Positions 1 through 9,538 of a stretch of DNA of 19,720 bases are shown piece by piece. Below the pieces are notes generated by a model. It saw only the letters and a list, made by a program, of their open reading frames with translations. It did no database searches and was not told the DNA's origin. The translations under genes were made by a program, and so were the position numbers. Source of the DNA: a virus; UHGV virus genome UHGV-0194792; one strand, 5' to 3'. Every line of letters starts with the position of its first letter. Position 1 is the stretch's first letter.

Positions 1-246
1 CCGTCCTCTCTGGCGGGTTACGGTATCGCTGAAAACGAACAGATGCCGGATATCGCCGCTGATGCGAAAGCCATTGCATTTGGTAACTTCAAACGGGGTT
101 ACACCATCGTTGACCGTATCGGCACCCGCATTCTGCGTGACCCGTACACCAATAAACCGTTTGTCGGTTTTTATACCACCAAGCGCACCGGCGGGATGCT
201 GGTCGATTCGCAGGCCATCAAACTGCTGAAGATTGCAGCGGCGTAA
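1..246 (+). CDS. major capsid protein, C-terminal fragment (5' end lies outside the window)
   Basis: Frame 1 is open from position 1 to TAA at 244-246. The C-terminal sequence (AFGNFKRGYTIVDR...) resembles HK97-fold capsid C-termini as I recall them. Position directly upstream of head-tail joining genes fits. Confidence 0.55.
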   Translation, partial: PSSLAGYGIAENEQMPDIAADAKAIAFGNFKRGYTIVDRIGTRILRDPYTNKPFVGFYTTKRTGGMLVDSQAIKLLKIAAA

Positions 247-253
247 TCACTCA

Positions 254-273
254 GGGGCGTGGAACCGCGCCCC
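254..273 (+). terminator. possible stem-loop after the capsid gene (GGGGCG-N8-CGCCCC)
   Basis: 6-bp GC stem read directly, 254-259 pairing with 268-273. No clear T-run follows, so this may be an attenuator or RNA stability element rather than a terminator. Confidence 0.25.
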
Positions 274-295
274 CTGTTCTGACGGGTGAAGAATC

Positions 296-496
296 ATGAT
301 CCTGAAACAAGATCTGAAATGGTCACCGGACGGTATGCGTGTTGAGGTCATTCGGGCCGGTGAGTATGACGACGGGACGCTTCCTGCCCGGGTGCAGGAG
401 ATTGCACTTCAGGCCGGGTTAGCAGAGCGCGGAACCAGTGCAAAAAGCAGTAAAGCGACAAAAGAGAAAAAAGCCACGACCAGTAAAGAGGGCTGA
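296..496 (+). CDS. small hypothetical phage head-region protein (Lys/Ser/Thr-rich C-terminus)
   Basis: 66-aa ORF with a GGGTGAAG Shine-Dalgarno-like sequence upstream, co-directional and tightly packed between capsid and connector genes. Confidence 0.4.
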   Translation: MILKQDLKWSPDGMRVEVIRAGEYDDGTLPARVQEIALQAGLAERGTSAKSSKATKEKKATTSKEG

Positions 497-498
497 GT

Positions 499-822
499 AT
501 GCTTCTGACAATGGAAGAGATTAAAGCCCAACTCCGGCTGGATGAGGATTTCGATGCTGATGACCGCCATCTGCAACTGCTGGCCTGTGCGGCGCAAAAG
601 CGGACGGAAACGTATCTGAACCGGAAGCTCTATGCTCCGGATGAAACCATTCCGGACAGCGATCCGGACGGGCTGCAACTGCCGGATGATATTCGTCTGG
701 GGATGCTGATGCTTATCAGCCATTTTTACGAAAACCGCTCGTCGGTTACGGAAGTGGAGAAACTCGACATGCCGCAGAGTTTTGGCTGGCTTGTCGGCCC
801 GTACAGGTACTTTCCGCAATGA
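499..822 (+). CDS. head-tail connector/adaptor protein (gp6-like)
   Basis: 107-aa ORF with AGAGGG RBS 7 nt upstream. Size, position after capsid and acidic N-terminus fit gp6-like head-tail adaptors. Stop overlaps the next start. Confidence 0.5.
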   Translation: MLLTMEEIKAQLRLDEDFDADDRHLQLLACAAQKRTETYLNRKLYAPDETIPDSDPDGLQLPDDIRLGMLMLISHFYENRSSVTEVEKLDMPQSFGWLVGPYRYFPQ

Positions 823-1229
823 AAATTCGTCAGGCGCAGACCAGCGCAACCTACATTCTGCCGGACCCCGGCGAACTGAATAAACGCGTCCTGATTCGCC
901 AGCGGGTGGATATGCCCGCGGATAACTTTGGCGTGGAGCCTCAATACCCGGTTACGTTCCGGACATGGGCGAAGGTTATCCAGACCAGTGCCACCACCTG
1001 GCAGGAAACCGCGCAGACCGGGGACGCCATCACCCATTACATCACCATTCGTTACCGCCGGGGGATCACCGCTGATTATGAGGTGGTCTGCGGTGACAGT
1101 GTGTACCGGGTGAAACGTCAGCGCGATCTGAACGGGGCGCGGCGCTTTCTGCTGCTGGAGTGTACGGAGCTGGGCGAATGTAGGCAGAGTCACGGAGGCA
1201 ACAATGACGACTTCCTTTTTGCACGTTGA
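819..1229 (+). CDS. head closure / head-tail joining protein
   Basis: 136-aa ORF, translationally coupled to the connector (ATGA overlap at 819-822). Order and size are typical of head completion proteins. Confidence 0.45.
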   Translation: MKIRQAQTSATYILPDPGELNKRVLIRQRVDMPADNFGVEPQYPVTFRTWAKVIQTSATTWQETAQTGDAITHYITIRYRRGITADYEVVCGDSVYRVKRQRDLNGARRFLLLECTELGECRQSHGGNNDDFLFAR

Positions 1230-1710
1230 TTTTCAGCAGCCCGCGGAGATGCGCTTTAACCGCGCCCGTGTCAGGCGGGCGTTTGTCACGATTGGTCAGC
1301 GTCATATGCGTGATGCCCGTCGGCTGGTGATGCGCCGTGCGCGGTCGGCACCGGGTGAAAACCCCGGTTATCAGACCGGACGCCTGGCTCGTTCGATTGG
1401 TTACATGGTACCCAGAGCCAGTAAACATCGCCCTGGTTTTATGGCACGTATAGCCCCTAACCAGCGTAATGGAGAGGGAAACCGCCGTATCACCGGTGAT
1501 TTTTATCCGGCTTTTCTGTTCTATGGCGTGAGGCGAGGGGCAAAGCGTCGTCGCAGCCATCATCGTGGTGCATCCGGTGGCAGCGGCTGGCGACTGGCTC
1601 CACGTAATAACTTTATGGTGGAAACTCTTGAAAAGAACCGCAGCTGGACACGCTATTTTCTGGCGCGGGAATTGCGTAAATCACTGAAGCCGGAGCGACG
1701 ACACAGATGA
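1204..1710 (+). CDS. HK97 gp10-like neck/tail-completion protein
   Basis: 168-aa basic protein in the expected position between head-closure and tail genes. The start may be a downstream ATG (for example 1249). Confidence 0.45.
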   Translation: MTTSFLHVDFQQPAEMRFNRARVRRAFVTIGQRHMRDARRLVMRRARSAPGENPGYQTGRLARSIGYMVPRASKHRPGFMARIAPNQRNGEGNRRITGDFYPAFLFYGVRRGAKRRRSHHRGASGGSGWRLAPRNNFMVETLEKNRSWTRYFLARELRKSLKPERRHR

Positions 1711-2267
1711 AACTGACGCCTGTTATTGCTGCGCTGCGTGCCCGCTGCCCGTATTTTGAAAACCGGGTGGCAGGCGCGGCACAGTTCAAAAATCTGCCGG
1801 AGGTCGGAAAGCTGAGACTCCCGGCGGCGTATGTGGTACCGGGTGATGACTCTCCGGGAGAAAACAAAAGCCAGACCGACTACTGGCAGGAGCTGAAAGA
1901 GGGCTTCTCCGTGGTTGTCATACTGAGTAACGGGCGTGATGAGCGCGGTCAGTTTGCCTCGTATGATGTGGTGGACGATGTCCGGCAGATGCTCTTTAAG
2001 GCCCTGCTGGGCTGGAACCCGGAAGCGTGCGGTAACCCGATTACCTATGACGGCGGCACGCTGCTGGATCTGAATCGTCATGAGCTGATTTATCAGTTCG
2101 ATTTTTCGGTCATCAGCGAGCTGACCGAAGACGATACCCGCCAGCAGGATGAGCTGAACAGTCTGGATGAACTGCGAACGCTGGCGATTGATGTTGATTA
2201 TCTCGATCCCGGTAACGGGCCTGACGGCGATATCGAACATCACACCGAAATAACCCTTCCTTCCTGA
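1707..2267 (+). CDS. phage structural protein, possibly tail terminator/completion
   Basis: 186-aa ORF, ATGA overlap with the preceding gene, immediately upstream of the sheath gene. Confidence 0.4.
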   Translation: MKLTPVIAALRARCPYFENRVAGAAQFKNLPEVGKLRLPAAYVVPGDDSPGENKSQTDYWQELKEGFSVVVILSNGRDERGQFASYDVVDDVRQMLFKALLGWNPEACGNPITYDGGTLLDLNRHELIYQFDFSVISELTEDDTRQQDELNSLDELRTLAIDVDYLDPGNGPDGDIEHHTEITLPS

Positions 2268-2275
2268 GAATCTTC

Positions 2276-2446
2276 ATGTTTGTGAAACCTGTTAAAGGGC
2301 GGTCAGTGCCTGACCCTGCCCGCGGTGACCTTTTGCCCGCCGAAGGGCGAAATGTTGACGAGAACAACTACTGGCTGCGCCGTGAAGCAGCGGGTGATAT
2401 CCGGCGCGTGAATAAAAAGGTGAACACCGATGACGATAAGCTTTAA
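2276..2446 (+). CDS. small ORF (56 aa) preceding and overlapping the sheath gene start
   Basis: Hand-translated: ATG at 2276 to TAA at 2444-2446, overlapping the sheath start by 17 nt. Below the cutoff of the supplied ORF track. Confidence 0.25.
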   Translation: MFVKPVKGRSVPDPARGDLLPAEGRNVDENNYWLRREAAGDIRRVNKKVNTDDDKL

Positions 2447-3926
2447 CACCATTCCGTCGAATACGCTGGTTCCGCTGTTTTATGCGGAAATGGATAACTC
2501 GGCGGCGAATACTGCACAGGACAGCGGGGCATCGTTGCTGATTGGTCACGCCAATAACGGTGCAGAGATTGTTGCCAACAGTCTGGTGCTGATGCCGTCG
2601 GCAGACTATGCACGCCAGATTTGTGGTGCGGGAAGTCAGCTGGCGCGTATGGTCGAGGCTTATCGCCAGACCGACCCGTTTGGCGAGCTGTATGTGATTG
2701 CCGTTCCGGAAGCCACAGGCGCGGCGGCAACGGTTACGCTGACGGTGACCGGAGCAGCAACCGAAACCGGCACGGTGAATGTGTATGTGGGACGTACCCG
2801 CGTGCAGGCACCGGTGACCAACGGCGATAACGTCACGACGATTGCCAGCAGTATCCAGGATGCCATCAATGCCGTTCCGGCCCTGCCGTTTACGGCCTCA
2901 TCTTCGGCAGGCGTGGTCACACTGACCGCGCGTCATAAGGGGCTTTGCGGGAATGAAATTCCTGTCAGCCTCAATTACTACGGCTTTGGTGGGGGCGAAG
3001 TGCTGCCAGCGGGCGTACAGATTGCCGTGGCGACGGGTACCGCCGGAGCGGGCGCTCCGGTTCTCACCGGCGCGGTGGCTGCAATGGCGGATGAGCCGTT
3101 TGATTATATCGGCCTGCCGTTCAACGACACGGCCTCCGTTAACACGCTGGTGACCGAGATGAACGATACCAGCGGTCGCTGGAGCTATGCGCGTCAGCTG
3201 TATGGTCATGTGTATACGGCAAAGATCGGCACGCTGTCAGAACTGGTGACCGCAGGTGACCAGTTTAACCAGCAGCACATTACCCTGGCGGGGTACGAAA
3301 AAGAGACCCAGACGCCTGCCGACGAACTGGCGGCAAGCCGTACCGCCCGCGCAGCGGTGTTTATCCGCAACGATCCGGCACGTCCCACGCAGACCGGTGA
3401 GCTGGTGGGTATGCTGCCTGCGCCGAAGGGGAAACGGTTCACGATGACCGAGCAACAGACCCTGCTGTCTCATGGCGTGGCAACGGCGTATGTCGAAAGC
3501 GGGGTGCTGCGCATTCAGCGTGATGTCACCACGTACAGGAAAAATGCTTACGGGGTTGCGGATAACAGCTACCTCGACAGCGAGACGCTGCATACCAGTG
3601 CGTATGTACTGCGCAAACTGAAATCCGTCATTACCAGTAAGTACGGGCGTCACAAGCTTGCCAGCGACGGCACCCGCTTTGGTCCCGGTCAGGCGATTGT
3701 CACCCCGGCGGTGATCAAAGGGGAACTGCTGGCAACCTACCGTCAGCTTGAGCGTGCGGGGATCGTGGAAAACTACGAACTGTTTAAGCAGTACCTGGTT
3801 GTGGAGCGTGATGCCAGCGATCCGAACCGCCTGAACACGCTGTTCCCGCCTGACTATGTTAACCAGTTGCGTGTCTTTGCCGTGGTTAACCAGTTCCGTC
3901 TTCAGTATTCAGAGGAGTCCGCATAA
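2430..3926 (+). CDS. contractile tail sheath protein (Mu gpL-like)
   Basis: 498-aa ORF with AAGGTG RBS 8 nt upstream, followed directly by a ~118-aa tube gene (TAATG overlap). Size and order match Mu-type sheath genes. Confidence 0.8.
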   Translation: MTISFNTIPSNTLVPLFYAEMDNSAANTAQDSGASLLIGHANNGAEIVANSLVLMPSADYARQICGAGSQLARMVEAYRQTDPFGELYVIAVPEATGAAATVTLTVTGAATETGTVNVYVGRTRVQAPVTNGDNVTTIASSIQDAINAVPALPFTASSSAGVVTLTARHKGLCGNEIPVSLNYYGFGGGEVLPAGVQIAVATGTAGAGAPVLTGAVAAMADEPFDYIGLPFNDTASVNTLVTEMNDTSGRWSYARQLYGHVYTAKIGTLSELVTAGDQFNQQHITLAGYEKETQTPADELAASRTARAAVFIRNDPARPTQTGELVGMLPAPKGKRFTMTEQQTLLSHGVATAYVESGVLRIQRDVTTYRKNAYGVADNSYLDSETLHTSAYVLRKLKSVITSKYGRHKLASDGTRFGPGQAIVTPAVIKGELLATYRQLERAGIVENYELFKQYLVVERDASDPNRLNTLFPPDYVNQLRVFAVVNQFRLQYSEESA

Positions 3927-4282
3927 TGGCCCGTATCGGGGGAACCTGTTATTTCAAAATTGACGGTCAGCAGCTATCGCTGACCGGCGGCATTGAGGTG
4001 CCCATGAACAGGACGGTCAATGATGACATCATCGGCCTGGACGGTTCAGTGGACCGCAAGGAAACTCACCGTGCGCCTTATGTCAAAGGGACCTTCAAGG
4101 TGCCGAAGAATTTTCCGGTGAACAAAATCACCTCGTCTGATGAGATGACCATCACTGCCGAGCTGGCGAACGGTCAGGTCTATGTACTGTCGTCTGCCTG
4201 GCTGCACGGCGAAGCGAACCATAATGCCGAAGAAGGCACGGTTGATCTTGAGTTCCACGGTGAAGAAGGGGATTACCAGTGA
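3926..4282 (+). CDS. tail tube protein (Mu gpM-like)
   Basis: 118-aa ORF immediately after the sheath gene and translationally coupled to it. Confidence 0.75.
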   Translation: MARIGGTCYFKIDGQQLSLTGGIEVPMNRTVNDDIIGLDGSVDRKETHRAPYVKGTFKVPKNFPVNKITSSDEMTITAELANGQVYVLSSAWLHGEANHNAEEGTVDLEFHGEEGDYQ

Positions 4283-4548
4283 TTGAGCTTGAGTTAAAGA
4301 AACCGATTACTGCTCATGGCGAGACACTCTCCGTACTGGAGTTTGATGAGCCCACCGGGAAGGATGTCCGCGAGCTGGGGTATCCCTACCAGATGAATCA
4401 GGATGAGTCAGTCAGACTTCTGGCGCATGTGGTGTCGAAATACATTGTGCGGCTGGCGAAAGTGCCGCAAAGCTCTGTCGACCAGATGTCTCCGGCAGAC
4501 CTGAATGCAGCGGCGTGGCTTGTGGCTGGTTTTTTCCTCCAGGCCTGA
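4279..4548 (+). CDS. tail assembly chaperone (short, unshifted product)
   Basis: 89-aa ORF between the tube and tape measure genes. A T-rich slippery site lies near its 3' end. Confidence 0.6.
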   Translation: MIELELKKPITAHGETLSVLEFDEPTGKDVRELGYPYQMNQDESVRLLAHVVSKYIVRLAKVPQSSVDQMSPADLNAAAWLVAGFFLQA

Positions 4549-4697
4549 CGGCTGAATACCTCACTGATCGCTTCTTTGACTGCGCCAGCTACTGGCGCAT
4601 TAATCCTTTCGAATTGCTGAATATGCCGATCAGTGAAATTCCCTTACTGGTCAGTCAGGCAAACAGGATAGAGCAGGAGAAACGCACACATGGCTGA
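4515..4697 (+). CDS. -1 frame extension of the tail assembly chaperone (frameshift product)
   Basis: The -1 frame is open across the slippery run T-TTT-TTC (4530-4536) and ends overlapping the tape measure start, as in the lambda G/GT and P2 E/E' arrangement. Confidence 0.5.
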   Translation: MACGWFFPPGLTAEYLTDRFFDCASYWRINPFELLNMPISEIPLLVSQANRIEQEKRTHG

Positions 4698-6525
4698 ATT
4701 TGAGCTTAAGGCGTTGATCACCGGTGTCGACAGGCTTTCTCCCGCGCTGTCGAAAATGCAAAAGAAAATCCGGGGATTTAAACGCCAGGCGGAAGAAGCG
4801 TCACAGGGTGGGCTGGCGCTTGGTGGCGGACTGGCAGCGGGTCTGACGCTTTCCCTGAAATCTTATGCCGATCAGGAAAACGCCGCCACCGGGCTGAAAG
4901 TCGCCATGATGGATGCGAACGGCGAGGTTGGAAAGAGCTTTCAGGACATCAATAAACTAGCTATTGGCCTGGGTAACCAGCTACCCGGTACAACGGCTGA
5001 TTTCCAGAACATGATGCAGATGCTGGTGCGTCAGGGGATCCCGGCAGAAAACATTCTGGGTGGTGTGGGTAAAGCGACAGCTTATCTTGCGGTACAACTG
5101 AAAAAAACACCGGAAGCGGCTGCTGAGTTTGCTGCAAAGATGCAGGATGCTACCGGAACGGCGTCAGAAGACATGATGGGGCTGTTCGACACTATCCAGA
5201 AGGCGTTTTATCTGGGCGTTGACGATACCAACATGTTGTCCTTCTTCACTAAAACCAGTTCTGTTCTGAAGATGGTGAACAAGGACGGTCTTCAGGCTGC
5301 ACAGAGCCTTGCCCCCATCAGCGTCATGATGGATCAGATGGGGATGAACGGGGAGTCGGCAGGTAATGCCCTGCGAAAAGTTATCCAGTCCGGATTAAGC
5401 GTTAAGAAAATCAGGGACGTTAATAAAGTTATGGCCCGCCAGAAACTCGGGGTACAGCTCGATTTTACTGACGGCAAAGGAAGTTTTGGCGGTCTTGATA
5501 ACATGTTCAGGCAACTGGCAAAGCTGCGAAAACTGACCGACGTTAAGCGAACAGGTGTACTTAAGGCAATATTTGGTGATGATGCTGAAACCCTTCAGGT
5601 GGTCAATGCTCTGATCGATAAAGGAAAGGATGGTTACGATCAGATCCAGCAGAAGATGAATAAACAGGCCAGCCTGAATAAACGTGTTCAGGCCCAGCTT
5701 GGTACGCTGTCCAACCTGTGGGAGGCAATGACGGGGACCGCAACTAACGGCCTTGCGGCTATTGGCGGCGCATTTTCTGGTGACGCCAAAAATATCACGC
5801 AATGGCTGGGAGAGTTAGGGGAAAAATTCACGAAGTTTGCGGATGAAAATCCCCGGGTTATTCGCGGCGTCGTCGGGCTTGCTGCCGGTCTTGCGATTCT
5901 GAAACTGGGATTGATGGGCGTTGGCGGTGCCATCAGTATTGTCAGCAGGATCATGTCGATGACGCCGATTGGAATGATTGCGACGGCGATAGCCCTGGCT
6001 GCGGGATTAATTATCACTAACTGGGATGTTGTCGGACCTTATTTCAAGAAGCTCTGGGAAACCATTGGTCCTTATTTTGAGGCTGGCTGGGAACTTCTGA
6101 AGAAGGTTTTTGCCTGGTCGCCGCTGGGGATGGTAATCAATAACTGGGGACCGGTTGTTAAGTGGTTTCAGGATATGTGGGACAAGCTGAAGCCAATTAT
6201 TGAGTGGTTTACCGACAGTTCCGGTGACACGGTCGATGTCATTAACTCTGCGCAGTGGGGCGCGGGTGCTTATGATGCTTATGGGACGGGAATACCGGCA
6301 CGGGGATACACACCTTATCAGGCGGTAGATCCGGCTCAGTCAAACAACGCCTCCGATGCCACAGGCCCGAATCCCTTCATGATTAACAAAGCTTCTGCGC
6401 CAAAAGTTGATGGTGAGATCAAGGTCTCTTTTGTGAATTCGCCTCCGGGTATGCGGGTTATGGAAACGCGATCCAGCGGTTTTGATGTCAGCCATGATGT
6501 TGGCTATACGCGCTTTGGCAGGTAA
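4690..6525 (+). CDS. tail tape measure protein
   Basis: 611-aa ORF directly downstream of the chaperone pair, with a Gly/Ala-rich hydrophobic segment and a Trp-rich C-terminal region. GGAGAA RBS upstream. Confidence 0.8.
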   Translation: MAEFELKALITGVDRLSPALSKMQKKIRGFKRQAEEASQGGLALGGGLAAGLTLSLKSYADQENAATGLKVAMMDANGEVGKSFQDINKLAIGLGNQLPGTTADFQNMMQMLVRQGIPAENILGGVGKATAYLAVQLKKTPEAAAEFAAKMQDATGTASEDMMGLFDTIQKAFYLGVDDTNMLSFFTKTSSVLKMVNKDGLQAAQSLAPISVMMDQMGMNGESAGNALRKVIQSGLSVKKIRDVNKVMARQKLGVQLDFTDGKGSFGGLDNMFRQLAKLRKLTDVKRTGVLKAIFGDDAETLQVVNALIDKGKDGYDQIQQKMNKQASLNKRVQAQLGTLSNLWEAMTGTATNGLAAIGGAFSGDAKNITQWLGELGEKFTKFADENPRVIRGVVGLAAGLAILKLGLMGVGGAISIVSRIMSMTPIGMIATAIALAAGLIITNWDVVGPYFKKLWETIGPYFEAGWELLKKVFAWSPLGMVINNWGPVVKWFQDMWDKLKPIIEWFTDSSGDTVDVINSAQWGAGAYDAYGTGIPARGYTPYQAVDPAQSNNASDATGPNPFMINKASAPKVDGEIKVSFVNSPPGMRVMETRSSGFDVSHDVGYTRFGR

Positions 6526-6585
6526 TGAAAAATTAATCTGTTAATGAGTCCCACTCCGGTGGGATTTTTTATGTACGGAGTTTAT

Positions 6586-7914
6586 ATGACGTGGAAAGAC
6601 AGACTTCAGGACGCGTCATTTCGCGGTGTGCCGTTTAAGGTTGAAGAAGAAAGTGCGGGAACCGGTCGTCGTGTGGAAACGCACGAATACCCGAACCGCG
6701 ACAAACCCTATACCGAAGACCTGGGGAAAATCACTTTCCGCCCGTCCATCACAGCTTATGTGGTGGGAGATGACTGCTTTGACCAGCGCGATCGCCTGAT
6801 TGACGCGCTGAATAAACCCGGTCCCGGCACGCTTGTCCATCCGACTTACGGTGAGCTGAAAGTCTGTGTTGACGGGGAAGTTCGGGTCAGCACATCGAAG
6901 AGTGAAGGGCGTATTGTCCGCTTTGACCTGAAGTTTGTCGAAGCGGGAGAACTCTCTTACCCCACTTCAGGTGCGGCGACGGCGCAGACGCTGATGTCAT
7001 CCTGTTCTGCACTGGATGACTGCATCAGTGACAGCTTCAGTGGTTTCAGTATCGATGGCGTGGCAGATTTTGTGCAGAACGACGTCGTCGGTAATGCCAG
7101 CACAATGCTTGGGTATGTTTCTGATGCGATGAAAGTGGTGGATTCTGCCGTATCGGATGCCGCCAGGCTGTTGCAGGGGGATATCTCGGTACTTCTGCCG
7201 CCGCCATCGTCAGGCAAAAATTTCGTTGAGCAGGTGCAGAAAATGTGGCGTACCGGGAAACGCCTTTATGGTAACGCCAGCGACCTGGTCACCATGATCA
7301 AAACGCTTTCCGGTGTCAGCCTCGGCAGCGATCTGCAACCGCGCGGCGTCTGGAAAACGGACAGTAAAACCACCGCCACGGCGACGCAGCAGCGTAACGT
7401 GGTTGCCAGCACCCTTCGTACGGCCGCAATCAGCGAAGCGGCGTATGCCGTCACCCGATTGCCTGCGCCAACAACTTCCGCGGTGATGCAGAATGCCGCA
7501 GTGGGGCAGGCAACAACACCCGCGCAGAGCACTGGCTGGCCTTCCGTCACGCATCCGGCACTGAACAATGCACCGGCGGTGAAAAGCACGGTTGACCTGC
7601 CGACGTGGGAAGAACTGACTGACATTCGCGACACACTGAATACGGCAATTGATAAGGAGTTGTCCCGAACAACCAGTGATGCGCTGTTTCTGGCGCTGCG
7701 CCGGGTGAAAGCAGATCTGAATGCGGATATCAACACGCGCCTTGAACAGTCTGCACGGATCATTCAGCGCACGCCGGATGAGGTTTTACCCGCGCTGGTG
7801 CTGGCGGCGACCTGGTTTGATAACGCGGCGCGTGACGCGGACATTATCCGGCGTAATGCCATTACGCATCCCGGCTTTGTGCCGGTGATCCCTCTGAAGG
7901 TGCCAGTGCAATGA
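6586..7914 (+). CDS. DNA circulation protein (Mu gpN / gp43-like tail protein)
   Basis: The track ORF begins at 6544, but ATG at 6586 has a GGAG RBS 8 nt upstream and gives an N-terminus (MTWKDRLQDASFRGVPF) resembling Mu N-family proteins as I recall them. Position after the tape measure gene matches the Mu order. Confidence 0.65.
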   Translation: MTWKDRLQDASFRGVPFKVEEESAGTGRRVETHEYPNRDKPYTEDLGKITFRPSITAYVVGDDCFDQRDRLIDALNKPGPGTLVHPTYGELKVCVDGEVRVSTSKSEGRIVRFDLKFVEAGELSYPTSGAATAQTLMSSCSALDDCISDSFSGFSIDGVADFVQNDVVGNASTMLGYVSDAMKVVDSAVSDAARLLQGDISVLLPPPSSGKNFVEQVQKMWRTGKRLYGNASDLVTMIKTLSGVSLGSDLQPRGVWKTDSKTTATATQQRNVVASTLRTAAISEAAYAVTRLPAPTTSAVMQNAAVGQATTPAQSTGWPSVTHPALNNAPAVKSTVDLPTWEELTDIRDTLNTAIDKELSRTTSDALFLALRRVKADLNADINTRLEQSARIIQRTPDEVLPALVLAATWFDNAARDADIIRRNAITHPGFVPVIPLKVPVQ

Positions 7915-8990
7915 ACGATAACGTCACGCTACGGGTAAATGGCCGGGAGTGGAATGGCTGGACATCGGTGCGCATCGGTGCCGGTGTTGAACGACTGGCG
8001 CGGGATTTCAGTGTGGAGATCACCCGCCAGTGGCCGGGAGATGAGGGTATTACCACGCTTCAGTCGCGCATTAAAAACGGTTCAAAAGTGGAGGTGCTGA
8101 TTGGTGATGAGCTGGTGATCACCGGCTGGGTGGAGGCGACGCCCGTTCGTTACGATGCCCGTTCGGTCAGCACCGGTATTGCCGGACGTAGTCTTACCGC
8201 TGACCTGATTGACTGTGCAGCCGAACCGACACAGTTTAACGGACGATCGCTGGTACAGATTGCGCAGGCGCTTGCTGCGCCTTTCGGCATTGAGGTGGTG
8301 AACAGCGGTGCGCCGTCGGGTGTTATTCCTGATGTCCAGCCTGATCACGGTGAAACGGTGATTGAGGTGATCAACAAAATACTCGGTCAGCAGCAGGCGC
8401 TGGCTTACGACGACCCGCACGGCAGGCTGGTGATTGGTGGTATTGGCTCAACGCGGGCACATACCGCGCTGGTACTTGGGGAAAACATCCTTTCCTGCGA
8501 TACGGAGAAGAGTATCCGGGAGCGGTTTTCTGTTTACCAGGTGGCGGGGCAGCGTGCCGGAAACGACGATGATTTCGGTGAGGCCACCACCACCGCGCTG
8601 CGGGCCCGCACAGAGGACGCATTAATTGCCCGTTACCGTCCGATGTATATCAGGCAGACAGGGCAGGCTACGGGGGCAGGCTGTATTGCGCGTGCTGACT
8701 TTGAAGCCCGGCAACGGGCGGCGCGGACGGATGAAACCACCTATGTAGTGCAGGGCTGGCGACAGGGTAACGGTACGCTGTGGCAACCCAACCAGCGGGT
8801 GATTGTCTTTGATCCGGTCTGTGGTTTTGACAATACCGAACTGCTTGTTTCGGAAGTCACGTTTACTCAGGACCAGAACGGCACCCTGACGGAAATCCGT
8901 GTCGGCCCGCCTGATGCTTATCTGCCTGAACCTGAAGACCCCGGCGCGCGGAAAAAGAAAAAAGCCAGAGTACAGGAGGACCCGTTCTGA
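7911..8990 (+). CDS. baseplate hub protein (Mu gpP / gp44-like)
   Basis: 359-aa ORF with ATGA overlap and AAGGTG RBS. Gene order matches Mu N-P. Confidence 0.65.
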   Translation: MNDNVTLRVNGREWNGWTSVRIGAGVERLARDFSVEITRQWPGDEGITTLQSRIKNGSKVEVLIGDELVITGWVEATPVRYDARSVSTGIAGRSLTADLIDCAAEPTQFNGRSLVQIAQALAAPFGIEVVNSGAPSGVIPDVQPDHGETVIEVINKILGQQQALAYDDPHGRLVIGGIGSTRAHTALVLGENILSCDTEKSIRERFSVYQVAGQRAGNDDDFGEATTTALRARTEDALIARYRPMYIRQTGQATGAGCIARADFEARQRAARTDETTYVVQGWRQGNGTLWQPNQRVIVFDPVCGFDNTELLVSEVTFTQDQNGTLTEIRVGPPDAYLPEPEDPGARKKKKARVQEDPF

Positions 8991-9538
8991 TGAGGACGAT
9001 TGAAGCCATGCAGCGACAACTTCTCGGCCTGATTGGGCGGGCAGTGGTGAAAAGCATCAGTGCCGCCACGAAATGTCAGACCGTGGATGTGTCCCTGATT
9101 GCCGGTGAACCCAAAGCCGGGGTTGAACATCTTGAACCCTACGGTTTTACCGCAAGGGCAAACAGCGGTGCGGAAGCGGTGGTGTTGTTTCCGGATGGCG
9201 ACCGTTCTCATGCGGTGGTTGTTACGGTGTCGGACCGGCGCTACCGCATGAAAGGGCTGCAGACGGGGGAGGTGGCTGTCTATGACGATCAGGGGCAGTC
9301 TGTGACGCTGACCCGGGAGGGGATCGTGGTGGACGGTGCAGGTAAAACGATCACGTTTCGCAATGCGCCCAGAGCACGTTTTGAAATGGACCTGGAAGTG
9401 ACCGGACAGGTGAAAGACCTGTGCGACTCCGGCGGCACCACCATGTCAGCGATGCGGCTTGCCTATAACGGCCATCGTCACAGAGAGAACGGTCAGGGCA
9501 GTAACACCGACAAACCGGATAAAGCGATGGAGGCATGA
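8990..9538 (+). CDS. baseplate spike / assembly protein V (Mu gp45-like)
   Basis: 182-aa ORF with AGGAGG RBS. Size and position fit gpV-type spikes. Confidence 0.65.
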   Translation: MRTIEAMQRQLLGLIGRAVVKSISAATKCQTVDVSLIAGEPKAGVEHLEPYGFTARANSGAEAVVLFPDGDRSHAVVVTVSDRRYRMKGLQTGEVAVYDDQGQSVTLTREGIVVDGAGKTITFRNAPRARFEMDLEVTGQVKDLCDSGGTTMSAMRLAYNGHRHRENGQGSNTDKPDKAMEA

